Shown here: positions 56,080 to 64,000 of the stretch, piece by piece
How positions within the stretch are numbered: position 1 is the stretch's first letter
Layout of the letters: every line of letters begins with the position of its first letter
Assembly: GCA_965228875.1 (NCBI GenBank)
Contig: OZ245843.1
Location: 1,904,616 to 1,968,615, forward strand
Origin: Thalassobaculaceae bacterium
GTDB taxonomy: Bacteria; Pseudomonadota; Alphaproteobacteria; Thalassobaculales; Thalassobaculaceae
DNA: 64,000 nucleotides
Reading direction: 5' to 3'
Made by a program: the position numbers and the translations under genes
The notes under the pieces: generated by a model
Told to the model about the DNA's origin: nothing
What the model saw: only the letters and a program-made list of their open reading frames with translations
Database searches by the model: none

Positions 56080-56823
56080 ATGCCTGACACGCCCGCCACC
56101 GCCGTCATCTCCGGCGCCGGACAGAATATCGGCCGCGCCATCGCCACCGCGCTCGCCCGCGACGGCTTCGACATCGTGGTCAACGGTCGCGCCAACCGCG
56201 AGGCCTGCGAGGCCGCCGCGCGCGAGGTGGAGGCCCTCGGCCGCAAGGCGCTGGTCGTCATGGGGGGTGTCGGGCGATCGGCCGAAGTCGCCGACATGAA
56301 GGGCGCGGTGGATGCGGCGATGCCGCCCGTCGCCATCGTCGTCAACAACGCCGCCATTCGACCGCAGAAACCGTTCCTGGACATGACGGACGACGACTGG
56401 CACCGGGTGATGGATACCGACCTGAACAGCGCCTTCTACCTGTGCCGCGCGTTCTGCGGCGCCATGGTCGAGCGCGGTTGGGGCCGGGTGGTCAACCTGA
56501 CCGGAATGAACGCGATCCACGGCTATGCCGGCCGCGCCCCGGTCTCCGCCGCCAAGCACGGTCTGTGGGGTCTGACCAAGGCGCTGGCCAAGGAGTTCGG
56601 CCCCCAGGGCGTGACGGTCAACGCGATCTCGCCGGGTCCGATCGACACCGAGCACAGCGACAGCGCGATGACCCACCACATCAAGAACCAGCTCGATCGC
56701 ATCCCGGTCGGCCGTCTCGGCCAGCCCGAGGACATCGCCGCGCTGACCGCCTTCCTGTGCTCGGATTCGGGCGGCTTCATCAACGGCCAGATGATCGCCA
56801 GCAACGGCGGGACGCAGACGTAA
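56080..56823 (+). CDS. SDR family oxidoreductase
   Basis: [19 protein letters not shown]; catalytic Tyr absent (VSAAK). Confidence 0.85.
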   Translation: MPDTPATAVISGAGQNIGRAIATALARDGFDIVVNGRANREACEAAAREVEALGRKALVVMGGVGRSAEVADMKGAVDAAMPPVAIVVNNAAIRPQKPFLDMTDDDWHRVMDTDLNSAFYLCRAFCGAMVERGWGRVVNLTGMNAIHGYAGRAPVSAAKHGLWGLTKALAKEFGPQGVTVNAISPGPIDTEHSDSAMTHHIKNQLDRIPVGRLGQPEDIAALTAFLCSDSGGFINGQMIASNGGTQT

Positions 56824-56846
56824 GGACGCTGACAGGCGCCCGAGCG

Positions 56847-56940
56847 CCCCGGCCCTGAGCCGGAGCCCAGCCCCACGCACGAGCGCTGAAGGATTGCCGA
56901 CCCAGGCCCGTCGCGCCGGGTCCCAGTTCAGGGCCAGGAA
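56847..56940. repeat. Degenerate REP-like inverted pair
   Basis: CCGGCCCTGAGCCGG...CCGGGTCCCAGTTCAGGGCC resembles the 49201 element. Confidence 0.45.
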
Positions 56941-57106
56941 GTCGACGGGATTGAACGAGCCCACCCTTCTCGTTCCGGTCGATCGAAGAGAGAACCGAGA
57001 TCCCTTTCCGCGTGGCATCGGTACCAGGCCGCACCGACGCGGTCCCGGGATCACGGAGGCAATGAGAAATCCTTGCACCGCGGCTCGCCCCATGGCATCC
57101 GGCGGC

Positions 57107-58801
57107 ATGGCCGAGCGCAACGATCACAGTGACACCTACGACTACATCATCGTCGGCGCAGGATCGGCGGGCTGCGTACTCGCCAACCGGCTGACCGCCG
57201 ATGGCCGGAACAGCGTGCTTCTGCTGGAGGGTGGCGGCAGCGACCGGTCGATCTTCGTGGACATGCCGACCGCGCTGTCGATCCCGATGAACATGCCCCG
57301 CTTCAACTGGTTTTTCGAGAGCGAGCCGGAGCCGGGACTCGACGGCCGGCGCCTGCACTGCCCGCGCGGCAAGGGGCTGGGCGGATCGTCGTCGATCAAC
57401 GGCATGGTGTACGTCCGGGGCCACGCCCGAGACTTCGACCAGTGGGTCGAACACGGCGCCGCCGGTTGGGGCTATGCCGATGTGTTGCCCTACTTCAAGC
57501 GGGCGGAGAACTGGGAAGGCGGCAGCGACGCCTACCGCGGTGGCGACGGGCCGCTGGCGACGTCGAACGGCAACCACATGCGCAATCCCCTGTACAGGGC
57601 CTTCATCGAGGCGGGCGTGCAGGCGGGCTACGGGGCCACCGACGACTACAACGGCCGGCGCCAGGAGGGGTTCGGCCCCATGCACATGACGGTGCGCGAC
57701 GGCCTGCGCTGGTCGGCCGCGCGCGGCTATCTGCGGCCGGCCCTGGGCCGATCAAACCTGCGGGTCATCAAGCACGCGCTGAGCGACCGGGTGCTGATCG
57801 AGGACGGCCGGGCCGTCGGCGTCGCCTATTCCTCGCGCGGCATCTCGCGCGAGGCGCGGGCCCGGCGCGAGGTGATCCTGGCCGCCGGCTCGGTCGGCTC
57901 GCCGACCATCCTGCAACGCTCCGGCATCGGCCCGGGCGATGCGCTGAAGCGCCACGGGATCGCGGTGATCGCGGATCGGCCGGGCGTCGGCGGCAACCTG
58001 CAGGATCATCTGGAGGTCTATTTCCAGTTCCGCTGCACCCAACCGCTCAGCCTGAACCGGCACCTGTCGCTCTGGCGCAAGGGACTGATCGGTGCGCGCT
58101 GGCTGCTGTTCCGCGACGGACTGGGCGCGACCAACCATTTCGAGTCCTGCGCCTTCATCCGCTCCAGGGCCGGGCTCGAGTGGCCGGACATTCAGTATCA
58201 TTTTCTGCCCGGGGCCATGCGCTACGACGGCAACGCCGCGTTCGACGGCGACGGTTTCCAGGTCCATGTCGGGCCGAACAAGCCGAAGAGCCGCGGGCGG
58301 ATCGACATCGCCGACGCCGACCCGGCGAGCAAGCCCAGGATCCTGTTCAACTACCTGCAGGAGGCCGAGGACGTCGAGGACTGGCGCCGGGTCGTACGCC
58401 TGACCCGCGAGATCATCCGCCAGCCGGCCATGGACCCGTATCGGGGCGATGAGATCCAGCCCGGCGACGCCGTCACCAGCGACGAGGAAATCGACGCCTG
58501 GGTCCGCGCCAACGTGGAGAGCGCCTACCACCCGTCCTGCACCTGCCCGATGGGCGATCCGGACGCCGCCGGCACGGTGCTGCGCCCGGACCTCACGGTG
58601 ATCGGTGTCGAGGGCCTGCGCGTCGCCGACAGCTCGATCTTCCCGACCATCCCCAACGGTAACCTGAACGCGCCGACGATCATGGTGGCGGAAAAGGCCG
58701 CCGACCTGATTCTCGGGCGTCCGGCACCGGCGCGGGATAACGCCGAGGTCTGGATCGCCCCGGACTGGCAGACCGCCCAGCGCGAGTCCCAGGCGGGGTA
58801 G
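57107..58801 (+). CDS. betA: Choline dehydrogenase (GMC oxidoreductase)
   Basis: [58 protein letters not shown]. Confidence 0.85.
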   Translation: MAERNDHSDTYDYIIVGAGSAGCVLANRLTADGRNSVLLLEGGGSDRSIFVDMPTALSIPMNMPRFNWFFESEPEPGLDGRRLHCPRGKGLGGSSSINGMVYVRGHARDFDQWVEHGAAGWGYADVLPYFKRAENWEGGSDAYRGGDGPLATSNGNHMRNPLYRAFIEAGVQAGYGATDDYNGRRQEGFGPMHMTVRDGLRWSAARGYLRPALGRSNLRVIKHALSDRVLIEDGRAVGVAYSSRGISREARARREVILAAGSVGSPTILQRSGIGPGDALKRHGIAVIADRPGVGGNLQDHLEVYFQFRCTQPLSLNRHLSLWRKGLIGARWLLFRDGLGATNHFESCAFIRSRAGLEWPDIQYHFLPGAMRYDGNAAFDGDGFQVHVGPNKPKSRGRIDIADADPASKPRILFNYLQEAEDVEDWRRVVRLTREIIRQPAMDPYRGDEIQPGDAVTSDEEIDAWVRANVESAYHPSCTCPMGDPDAAGTVLRPDLTVIGVEGLRVADSSIFPTIPNGNLNAPTIMVAEKAADLILGRPAPARDNAEVWIAPDWQTAQRESQAG

Positions 58802-58919
58802 GCCCAGCCCTTTCTGGATCGCGGATACTCCTTCGGAGTTCCCGGATCCGGGTGAAGTGCTCTTCCGCCGCCGTTCCTTCGCGTCCTACACTCGCCAAAA
58901 ACCGAGTGAGGAAACAGCA

Positions 58920-60545
58920 ATGGCCGCCCCGGATTCCCCCTGGGACTACATCATCGTCGGCGCCGGCTCGGCCGGCTGCGTGCTCGCCAACCGGCTGAGC
59001 GCGAACCCGGCCAATCGGGTGCTTCTGCTGGAGGCCGGACGCAAAGACGACAGCCCCTACATCCCGATCCCCGTCGGCTTCTACAAGCTGCTGTCGAGCA
59101 AGACCTACAACTGGGGCTTCTGGACAGAGCCGGAGGAAGGAACCGGCAACCGCGCCATCGCCACGCCGCGCGGCAAGACACTCGGAGGATCGTCCTCGAT
59201 CAACGGCCTGCTCTACGTGCGCGGCCAGCCGCTGGATTTCGATACCTGGGCCCAGTTCGGCAACCGCGGCTGGAGCTACGAGTCGGTGCTGCCGTACTTC
59301 CGCAAGTCGGAAACCTTCGTCGATGGCGGCGACGAGAGCCGCGGGACCGACGGCGAACTGGCGGTGACCACGACGACCGAGAAACACGAACTGCTGGATG
59401 CCTTCATCGATGCCGCCGCGGCGGCCGGCTACCCTCGCAACCCGGACTACAACAACGGCAACCAGGAAGGGTTCGGCTACTACCAGCTGACCATGCGGAA
59501 CGGAAAACGGGCGAGCACGGCGCGGGCGTTCCTGCACCCGATCGCTTCGCGTCCGAACCTGAAGGTGGAGACCAACGCCTTCGCGTCCGGTGTGATCCTG
59601 GAAGGCCGGCGCGCCGTCGGCGTACGCTACACCGTCGGTGGACACCCCCGCGAAGCCCGGGCGTCGGGCGAGGTGGTGCTCGCCGCGGGAGCGGTGCAGT
59701 CACCGCAACTCCTGGAGCTGTCCGGCATCGGCCAGGGCGCCTTGCTGTCAGAACACGGTATCCCGGTGGTCCAGGACCTTGCCGGTGTCGGCGAGAACTA
59801 CCGCGACCACTACGGAACCCGCATGCGGTGGCGGGTGACCAAGCCGATCACCCTGAACCAGCTCACCCGCGGCCTGCCCTTCGTGCGCGAACTGGCCCGC
59901 TACGCATTGTTCGGCCAGGGGATCCTGACCTACGGCGCCGGCGCGATCCACGGGTTCGTCAAGACCCGCCGGGACATGGACTCGCCCGACGTGCAGTTCC
60001 ACCTGGCCCATGCAAGCTACGCCGACCCGGCGACCCGCAAGCTGGAGAAGGAGCCGGGCATGACGCTTGCGGTCTGCCAGCTGCGGCCGGAAAGCCAGGG
60101 CACGATCCACATCAAGGCATCGGACCCGGCCACGCCGCCGGCGATCGTCGGCAACTACCTCTCCAACCCGATCGACGTCGACGCCATCGTCGAGGGCATG
60201 AAGATCGGCCGGCGGATCGCAGAGGCCGCGCCGCTGGCCCCCTATCGCGGCCAGGAGCTGACGCCCGGCGCCGACTGCGACAGTGACGCCGAGCTGGAGC
60301 GGTTCGCTCGGGAAACCGGCCAGACCCTCTACCACCCCATCGGCACAGCGAAAATGGGACCGTCCGGCGACCGCATGGCGGTGGTCGACGATCGGTTGCG
60401 GGTGCACGGCATCGACGCGCTGCGCGTGATCGACGCCTCGATCATGCCGACCCTGGTCTCCGGCAACACCAACGCCGCGACCATCATGATCGCCGAGAAG
60501 GGAGCCGCGATGATGCTGGAGGATGCGAAGGCGCCGGCCGCCTGA
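58920..60545 (+). CDS. Second GMC family oxidoreductase
   Basis: [44 protein letters not shown]. Confidence 0.9.
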   Translation: MAAPDSPWDYIIVGAGSAGCVLANRLSANPANRVLLLEAGRKDDSPYIPIPVGFYKLLSSKTYNWGFWTEPEEGTGNRAIATPRGKTLGGSSSINGLLYVRGQPLDFDTWAQFGNRGWSYESVLPYFRKSETFVDGGDESRGTDGELAVTTTTEKHELLDAFIDAAAAAGYPRNPDYNNGNQEGFGYYQLTMRNGKRASTARAFLHPIASRPNLKVETNAFASGVILEGRRAVGVRYTVGGHPREARASGEVVLAAGAVQSPQLLELSGIGQGALLSEHGIPVVQDLAGVGENYRDHYGTRMRWRVTKPITLNQLTRGLPFVRELARYALFGQGILTYGAGAIHGFVKTRRDMDSPDVQFHLAHASYADPATRKLEKEPGMTLAVCQLRPESQGTIHIKASDPATPPAIVGNYLSNPIDVDAIVEGMKIGRRIAEAAPLAPYRGQELTPGADCDSDAELERFARETGQTLYHPIGTAKMGPSGDRMAVVDDRLRVHGIDALRVIDASIMPTLVSGNTNAATIMIAEKGAAMMLEDAKAPAA

Positions 60546-60564
60546 CGCCGGCGGCCGCGCGCCC

Positions 60565-61143
60565 CTACTCCGCCGCCTCGCCGGTGGCGACGCCGCTCGA
60601 GAGCATGTCGGTCATCGCGCTGTCCTCGACACCGATCTGCAGCACGTCGTTGAACCGGTTGAAGAAGCCGCACAGCGCGATGCGCAGGGTCAGTTCGACG
60701 ACCTGCTCCTCCGAGAAATGCGCGCGCAGTTCCTCGAAGGTCGCGTCGCGGACCCGGTGGAAGTCGTTCGTGACCTTCACGGCGTAGTCCCGCACCAGGT
60801 GGTCGACCGCGTCGAACCCGGGAACGGTCTCGTCCAGGATGTGCTCGACGGACTCGCTGGCCACGCCCTGCTCGACCAGGCGCGGGGCATGGTGGATGAC
60901 GCAGTACTCGCAGGCGTTCAGCTTGGAAACCACCACCAGCGCGATCTCGAGGTAGCGCTTGGGCAGAATCGCCTCGTCCGCGAAATCGAGCAGCAGCCCC
61001 ATGATGTGCTTCAGCGCCGGTGGGCGGTGGGCGAACACCTTCACCTGATTCAGGAACGGACCGTACTCGCGAGCGAACCGCTCGTAGACCGGCCGGACAT
61101 CCTCGGGCACCTCGTCGACTTCGACATCGCGGACGCGCGCCAT
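60565..61143 (-). CDS. Carboxymuconolactone decarboxylase/AhpD-like protein
   Basis: [18 protein letters not shown] (CxxC), FFNRFND; RBS GAGGAG. Confidence 0.85.
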   Translation of the reverse strand: MARVRDVEVDEVPEDVRPVYERFAREYGPFLNQVKVFAHRPPALKHIMGLLLDFADEAILPKRYLEIALVVVSKLNACEYCVIHHAPRLVEQGVASESVEHILDETVPGFDAVDHLVRDYAVKVTNDFHRVRDATFEELRAHFSEEQVVELTLRIALCGFFNRFNDVLQIGVEDSAMTDMLSSGVATGEAAE

Positions 61144-61167
61144 GCGTATTCTCCTCAACCCGTTGGT

Positions 61168-61200
61168 TTGTATACAATAATCGAACAGTGCTGCATACAA
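61168..61200. promoter_or_regulatory. Two GntR/FadR-type operator boxes
   Basis: TTGTATACAA (61168-61177, palindrome) and CTGCATACAA (61191-61200) in the divergent CMD/TRAP region. Confidence 0.6.
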
Positions 61201-61389
61201 TACCCCGGCAGTTGGCCACAGGACGGGGCGTCGGGCAATGGCCGGAACGGGAAGGGTCCGGTACCGCAACGGGTTATGCCCCGAACGACTCCCTTTGACC
61301 TGCCCTCACCGTTCGTGTTGACTCCCCCCAGTCCTAACCGCCGGTCAACAGGCGCGGCGACACTTTGGAAGGTTGAGGAGGCTTTTGGA

Positions 61390-62460
61390 ATGGGCAAGAC
61401 CCTGACTGCGATTGGCGCTGCGGTGCTCTCGATCGGCCTGATGGCCGGTCCGGCGGCGGCCGAACTGGACACGATGAACCTCAAGGTGGTCGGCACCTGG
61501 GGCAACTTGTCGAACTGGAAGGTGAACGAGGGTCCGTTCTGGAATGACACCATGCCGAGCGCTTCCGGCGGCAAGGTGACCGCCGACGCGGTGCCGCAGA
61601 CCGACGTCGGCATCAAGGGTTTCGAGGTCATGCGCATGCTGAAGATCGGCGTGTTCGACGTGGCCCATGGCGTCGTCGGCTACATCGCCGGCGAGGACCC
61701 GGTCGCCGAGGGCATCGACCTGGCGGGCGTCATTCAGAACTGGGATGACGCAAAGGCGTCGATGGACGCCTATCGCCCGATCATTGCCAAGCGCTTCGAG
61801 GAGACCTATGGCGCCAAGCTTCTGGCGCTGTACCCGTTCCCGAGCCAGATGCTGTGGTGCAACGCCGAGATCAACAGCGCGGCCGACCTGGCCGGCAAGA
61901 AGGTGCGCGTCTACACCACCTCCATGGGCGACCTGACCGAAGGTCTCGGCGGCACCTCGGTGACCATCGCCTTCGCCGAGGTCGTCCCGGCCCTCGAGAA
62001 GAAGGTCGTCGACTGCGGCATCACCGGGACGATGCCCGCCTATCAGGCCAAGTGGTGGCAGGTGGCGACCCATGCCTACCTGATGAAGGTCGGCTACACC
62101 GCGACCTTCGCGGCGATGAACCTGAACACCTGGAACCGGATGAACGACGAGACCAAGGCCTTCGTCGAGAAGCAGTTCGCCGAGTTCGAGGCGTCGTCCT
62201 GGGCCAACACCATGGCCGAGGATGAGATGGGGATCATCTGCAACACCGGCGTCGGCGGCACCTGCACCGAAGGCGATGCCGGCGGCATGAAGAAGGTCGA
62301 GCCGAACGCCGATGACGACGCCAAGCGCAAGGAAGTGCTGGAGACCGTCGTGCTGAAGCGGTGGGCCGAGCGCTGCGCCGAGAAGTTCGGCGAGCAGTGC
62401 ATCGACGACTGGAACGCGACGATCGGCAAGATCGCCGGCGTCACGGCTCCGAAGCCGTAA
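61390..62460 (+). CDS. dctP: TRAP transporter substrate-binding protein
   Basis: Signal peptide; DLAGKKVR, FAEVVPALEK.VVDCGITG. Confidence 0.9.
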   Translation: MGKTLTAIGAAVLSIGLMAGPAAAELDTMNLKVVGTWGNLSNWKVNEGPFWNDTMPSASGGKVTADAVPQTDVGIKGFEVMRMLKIGVFDVAHGVVGYIAGEDPVAEGIDLAGVIQNWDDAKASMDAYRPIIAKRFEETYGAKLLALYPFPSQMLWCNAEINSAADLAGKKVRVYTTSMGDLTEGLGGTSVTIAFAEVVPALEKKVVDCGITGTMPAYQAKWWQVATHAYLMKVGYTATFAAMNLNTWNRMNDETKAFVEKQFAEFEASSWANTMAEDEMGIICNTGVGGTCTEGDAGGMKKVEPNADDDAKRKEVLETVVLKRWAERCAEKFGEQCIDDWNATIGKIAGVTAPKP

Positions 62461-62475
62461 CATCCGCGTCCCTCG

Positions 62476-62515
62476 GGAGGCGGCTCCAGCATCGGACGGT
62501 GCCGGGGCCGCCTCC
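62476..62515 (+). other. Intergenic GC-rich stem-loop after dctP
   Basis: GGAGGCGGCTCC...GGGGCCGCCTCC; probable mRNA stabiliser. Confidence 0.5.
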
Positions 62516-62547
62516 TCCCAATGGCTGATCGCCGAAGGACCGGAGCG

Positions 62548-63123
62548 GTGCTCGACAGTCTCTTGAAAGCGAATTTCCGCATCTCGCAACTGCTGGTGTG
62601 GATCGGCGGCGTCGCCCTCATTGGGGCGGCCATCATGGTCACCGTGGACGTGATCCTGCGCGACCTGTTCCTGGTCACGCTCGGCGGCGCGGACGAGATA
62701 TCGGGGTACGTCTTCGCGGTCTCGACGGCCTTCGCCCTGCCGTACGCGCTGCTGCAACGGGCCAACGTGCGGATCGACGCGCTCTATATTCCCCTGCCCG
62801 TTCGCCTGCGCTCGGTGCTCGACCTGGTCGCCCTGCTGGCCCTGGCGGTGTTCTTCTTTCCGCTGACCTGGCGGGTCTGGCTGATGCTGGTCGACAGCTA
62901 CACTTTCTGGACCAAGTCCATCACGCCGCTGCAGACCCCGGTCGCCGTTCCCCAGACCCTGTGGTTCGGCGGATTGCTGCTGTTCTGCATCACCATCGTC
63001 CTGGTCTTTCTCGTCGCCCTGACCCGGCTGCTGCGCCGCGACTATGCCGGCGTGCACGACGTCGCAGGCGTGCCGACCCTCGACGAGGAGATGGAGAGCA
63101 GCGGCGGCCCCCATGCCGGTTGA
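62548..63123 (+). CDS. dctQ: TRAP transporter small permease
   Basis: DVILR..GADEISGY, NVRID; four TMs; start could be 62521. Confidence 0.85.
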   Translation: MLDSLLKANFRISQLLVWIGGVALIGAAIMVTVDVILRDLFLVTLGGADEISGYVFAVSTAFALPYALLQRANVRIDALYIPLPVRLRSVLDLVALLALAVFFFPLTWRVWLMLVDSYTFWTKSITPLQTPVAVPQTLWFGGLLLFCITIVLVFLVALTRLLRRDYAGVHDVAGVPTLDEEMESSGGPHAG

Positions 63124-63150
63124 GCGGCGCCCCCTAGGAGACTGACCGAC

Positions 63151-64000
63151 ATGCTCGGCACCACGCTGATCATACTTCTCGTGCTGATCGCCTTGAGCGT
63201 GCCCATCGCGGCGGCCCTCGGCACCCTCGGCCTGGCGCTCGATCAGCTCTATTCCGGCGGCTTTCTGTGGCGGGGGCTGGCCGACAACGCCTGGCAGACC
63301 TCCATCGAATTCCTGCTGGTCGCCATCCCGATGTTCGTCCTGCTCGGCGAGATCCTGCTGCGGGCCGGCATCGCCCAGCGGATGTACGCCGCCCTGGTGC
63401 AGTGGCTGTCCTGGTTGCCGGGCGGACTGATGCATTCCAATGTCGGCGCCTGCGCGATGTTCGCGGCGACCTCCGGCTCGAGCGTTGCGACGGCGGCGAC
63501 GATCGGGACCGTCGCCCTGCCGGAGGTCGAGAAACGCGGCTACAACGAGCGGCTATTCCTCGGCACCCTGGCCGCCGGCGGCACCCTGGGCATCCTCATC
63601 CCGCCGTCGATCAACCTGATCGTCTACGGCCTCCTGACCGACACGTCGGTGCCGGAGCTCTATCTCGCCGGGTTCATTCCGGGACTGATCCTGGCCGGCC
63701 TGTTCATGCTCACCGTCGTGCTCTTCTGTATCTTCCGACCGAGCCTGGACGGCGACCATGTCGAGACCTCGTGGGCGAACCGCATCCGCGTTCTGCCCGA
63801 CCTGCTGCCGCCGCTCGGCATCTTCCTGGTCGTCGTCGGCTCGATCTATGCCGGCCTCGCCACACCGACCGAGGCCGCGTCCCTCGGCGTCGTCGCCGCG
63901 CTGATCCTCGCCGCCTGCTACCGCAGCCTTTCGATCTCGATGCTCCGCGAGGCGATCGAGGGAACCATGCGCACCACCGCGATGGTGATGCTTATCATCA
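63151..64000 (+). CDS. dctM: TRAP transporter large permease, runs off the window
   Basis: ATG at 63151 after AGGAG; AIPMFVLLGEIL, SGSSVATAA, GGTLGILIPPS, TPTEAA (not in the ORF track because there is no stop in the window). Confidence 0.9.
   Translation, partial: MLGTTLIILLVLIALSVPIAAALGTLGLALDQLYSGGFLWRGLADNAWQTSIEFLLVAIPMFVLLGEILLRAGIAQRMYAALVQWLSWLPGGLMHSNVGACAMFAATSGSSVATAATIGTVALPEVEKRGYNERLFLGTLAAGGTLGILIPPSINLIVYGLLTDTSVPELYLAGFIPGLILAGLFMLTVVLFCIFRPSLDGDHVETSWANRIRVLPDLLPPLGIFLVVVGSIYAGLATPTEAASLGVVAALILAACYRSLSISMLREAIEGTMRTTAMVMLII

Noticed and set aside
60523..62460. 645-aa ORF suggesting an extended DctP
   Set aside because: The upstream part is antisense to the CMD gene; DctP starts at 61390 with a signal peptide

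Overview
High-GC alphaproteobacterial chromosome segment; the gene content suggests Rhodospirillales, but this is inference. The central ~36 kb (13.5-49.2 kb) is a type VI secretion system with all 13 core genes, arranged in five transcriptional blocks: transglutaminase-vgrG-DUF3540-TPR/glycosyltransferase-hypothetical (+); DUF2169/pentapeptide-pentapeptide-DUF4150 (-); a lone hcp (+); tssA-B-C-E-F-G-H (-); and a fused tssB-tssC paralogue followed by tagH-tssJ-K-L-M-tagF-pppA-ppkA-DUF1801 (+). Unusual features: (1) a second, single-chain TssB-TssC sheath protein alongside the canonical split pair; (2) tagH (fha) broken by a +1 frameshift, most plausibly at a C9 run, with the downstream frame coupled to tssJ; (3) a spike module like that of Burkholderia T6SS-5, split into convergent operons around a degenerate TPR-glycosyltransferase; (4) an extended VgrG needle; (5) an orphan transglutaminase ahead of vgrG next to a HutC-like operator; (6) no recognisable toxin-immunity pair. 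The flanks are metabolic: GST, SMR, CoxL-like molybdoenzyme, DMT, SDR and hutH-hutU/hutC on the left; a HAAT ABC transporter, hemN with an FNR box, SDR, two GMC oxidoreductases, a CMD protein and a TRAP transporter on the right. No rRNA, tRNA, CRISPR array or transposase was recognised. All domain calls come from motif recognition by eye, not database searches.
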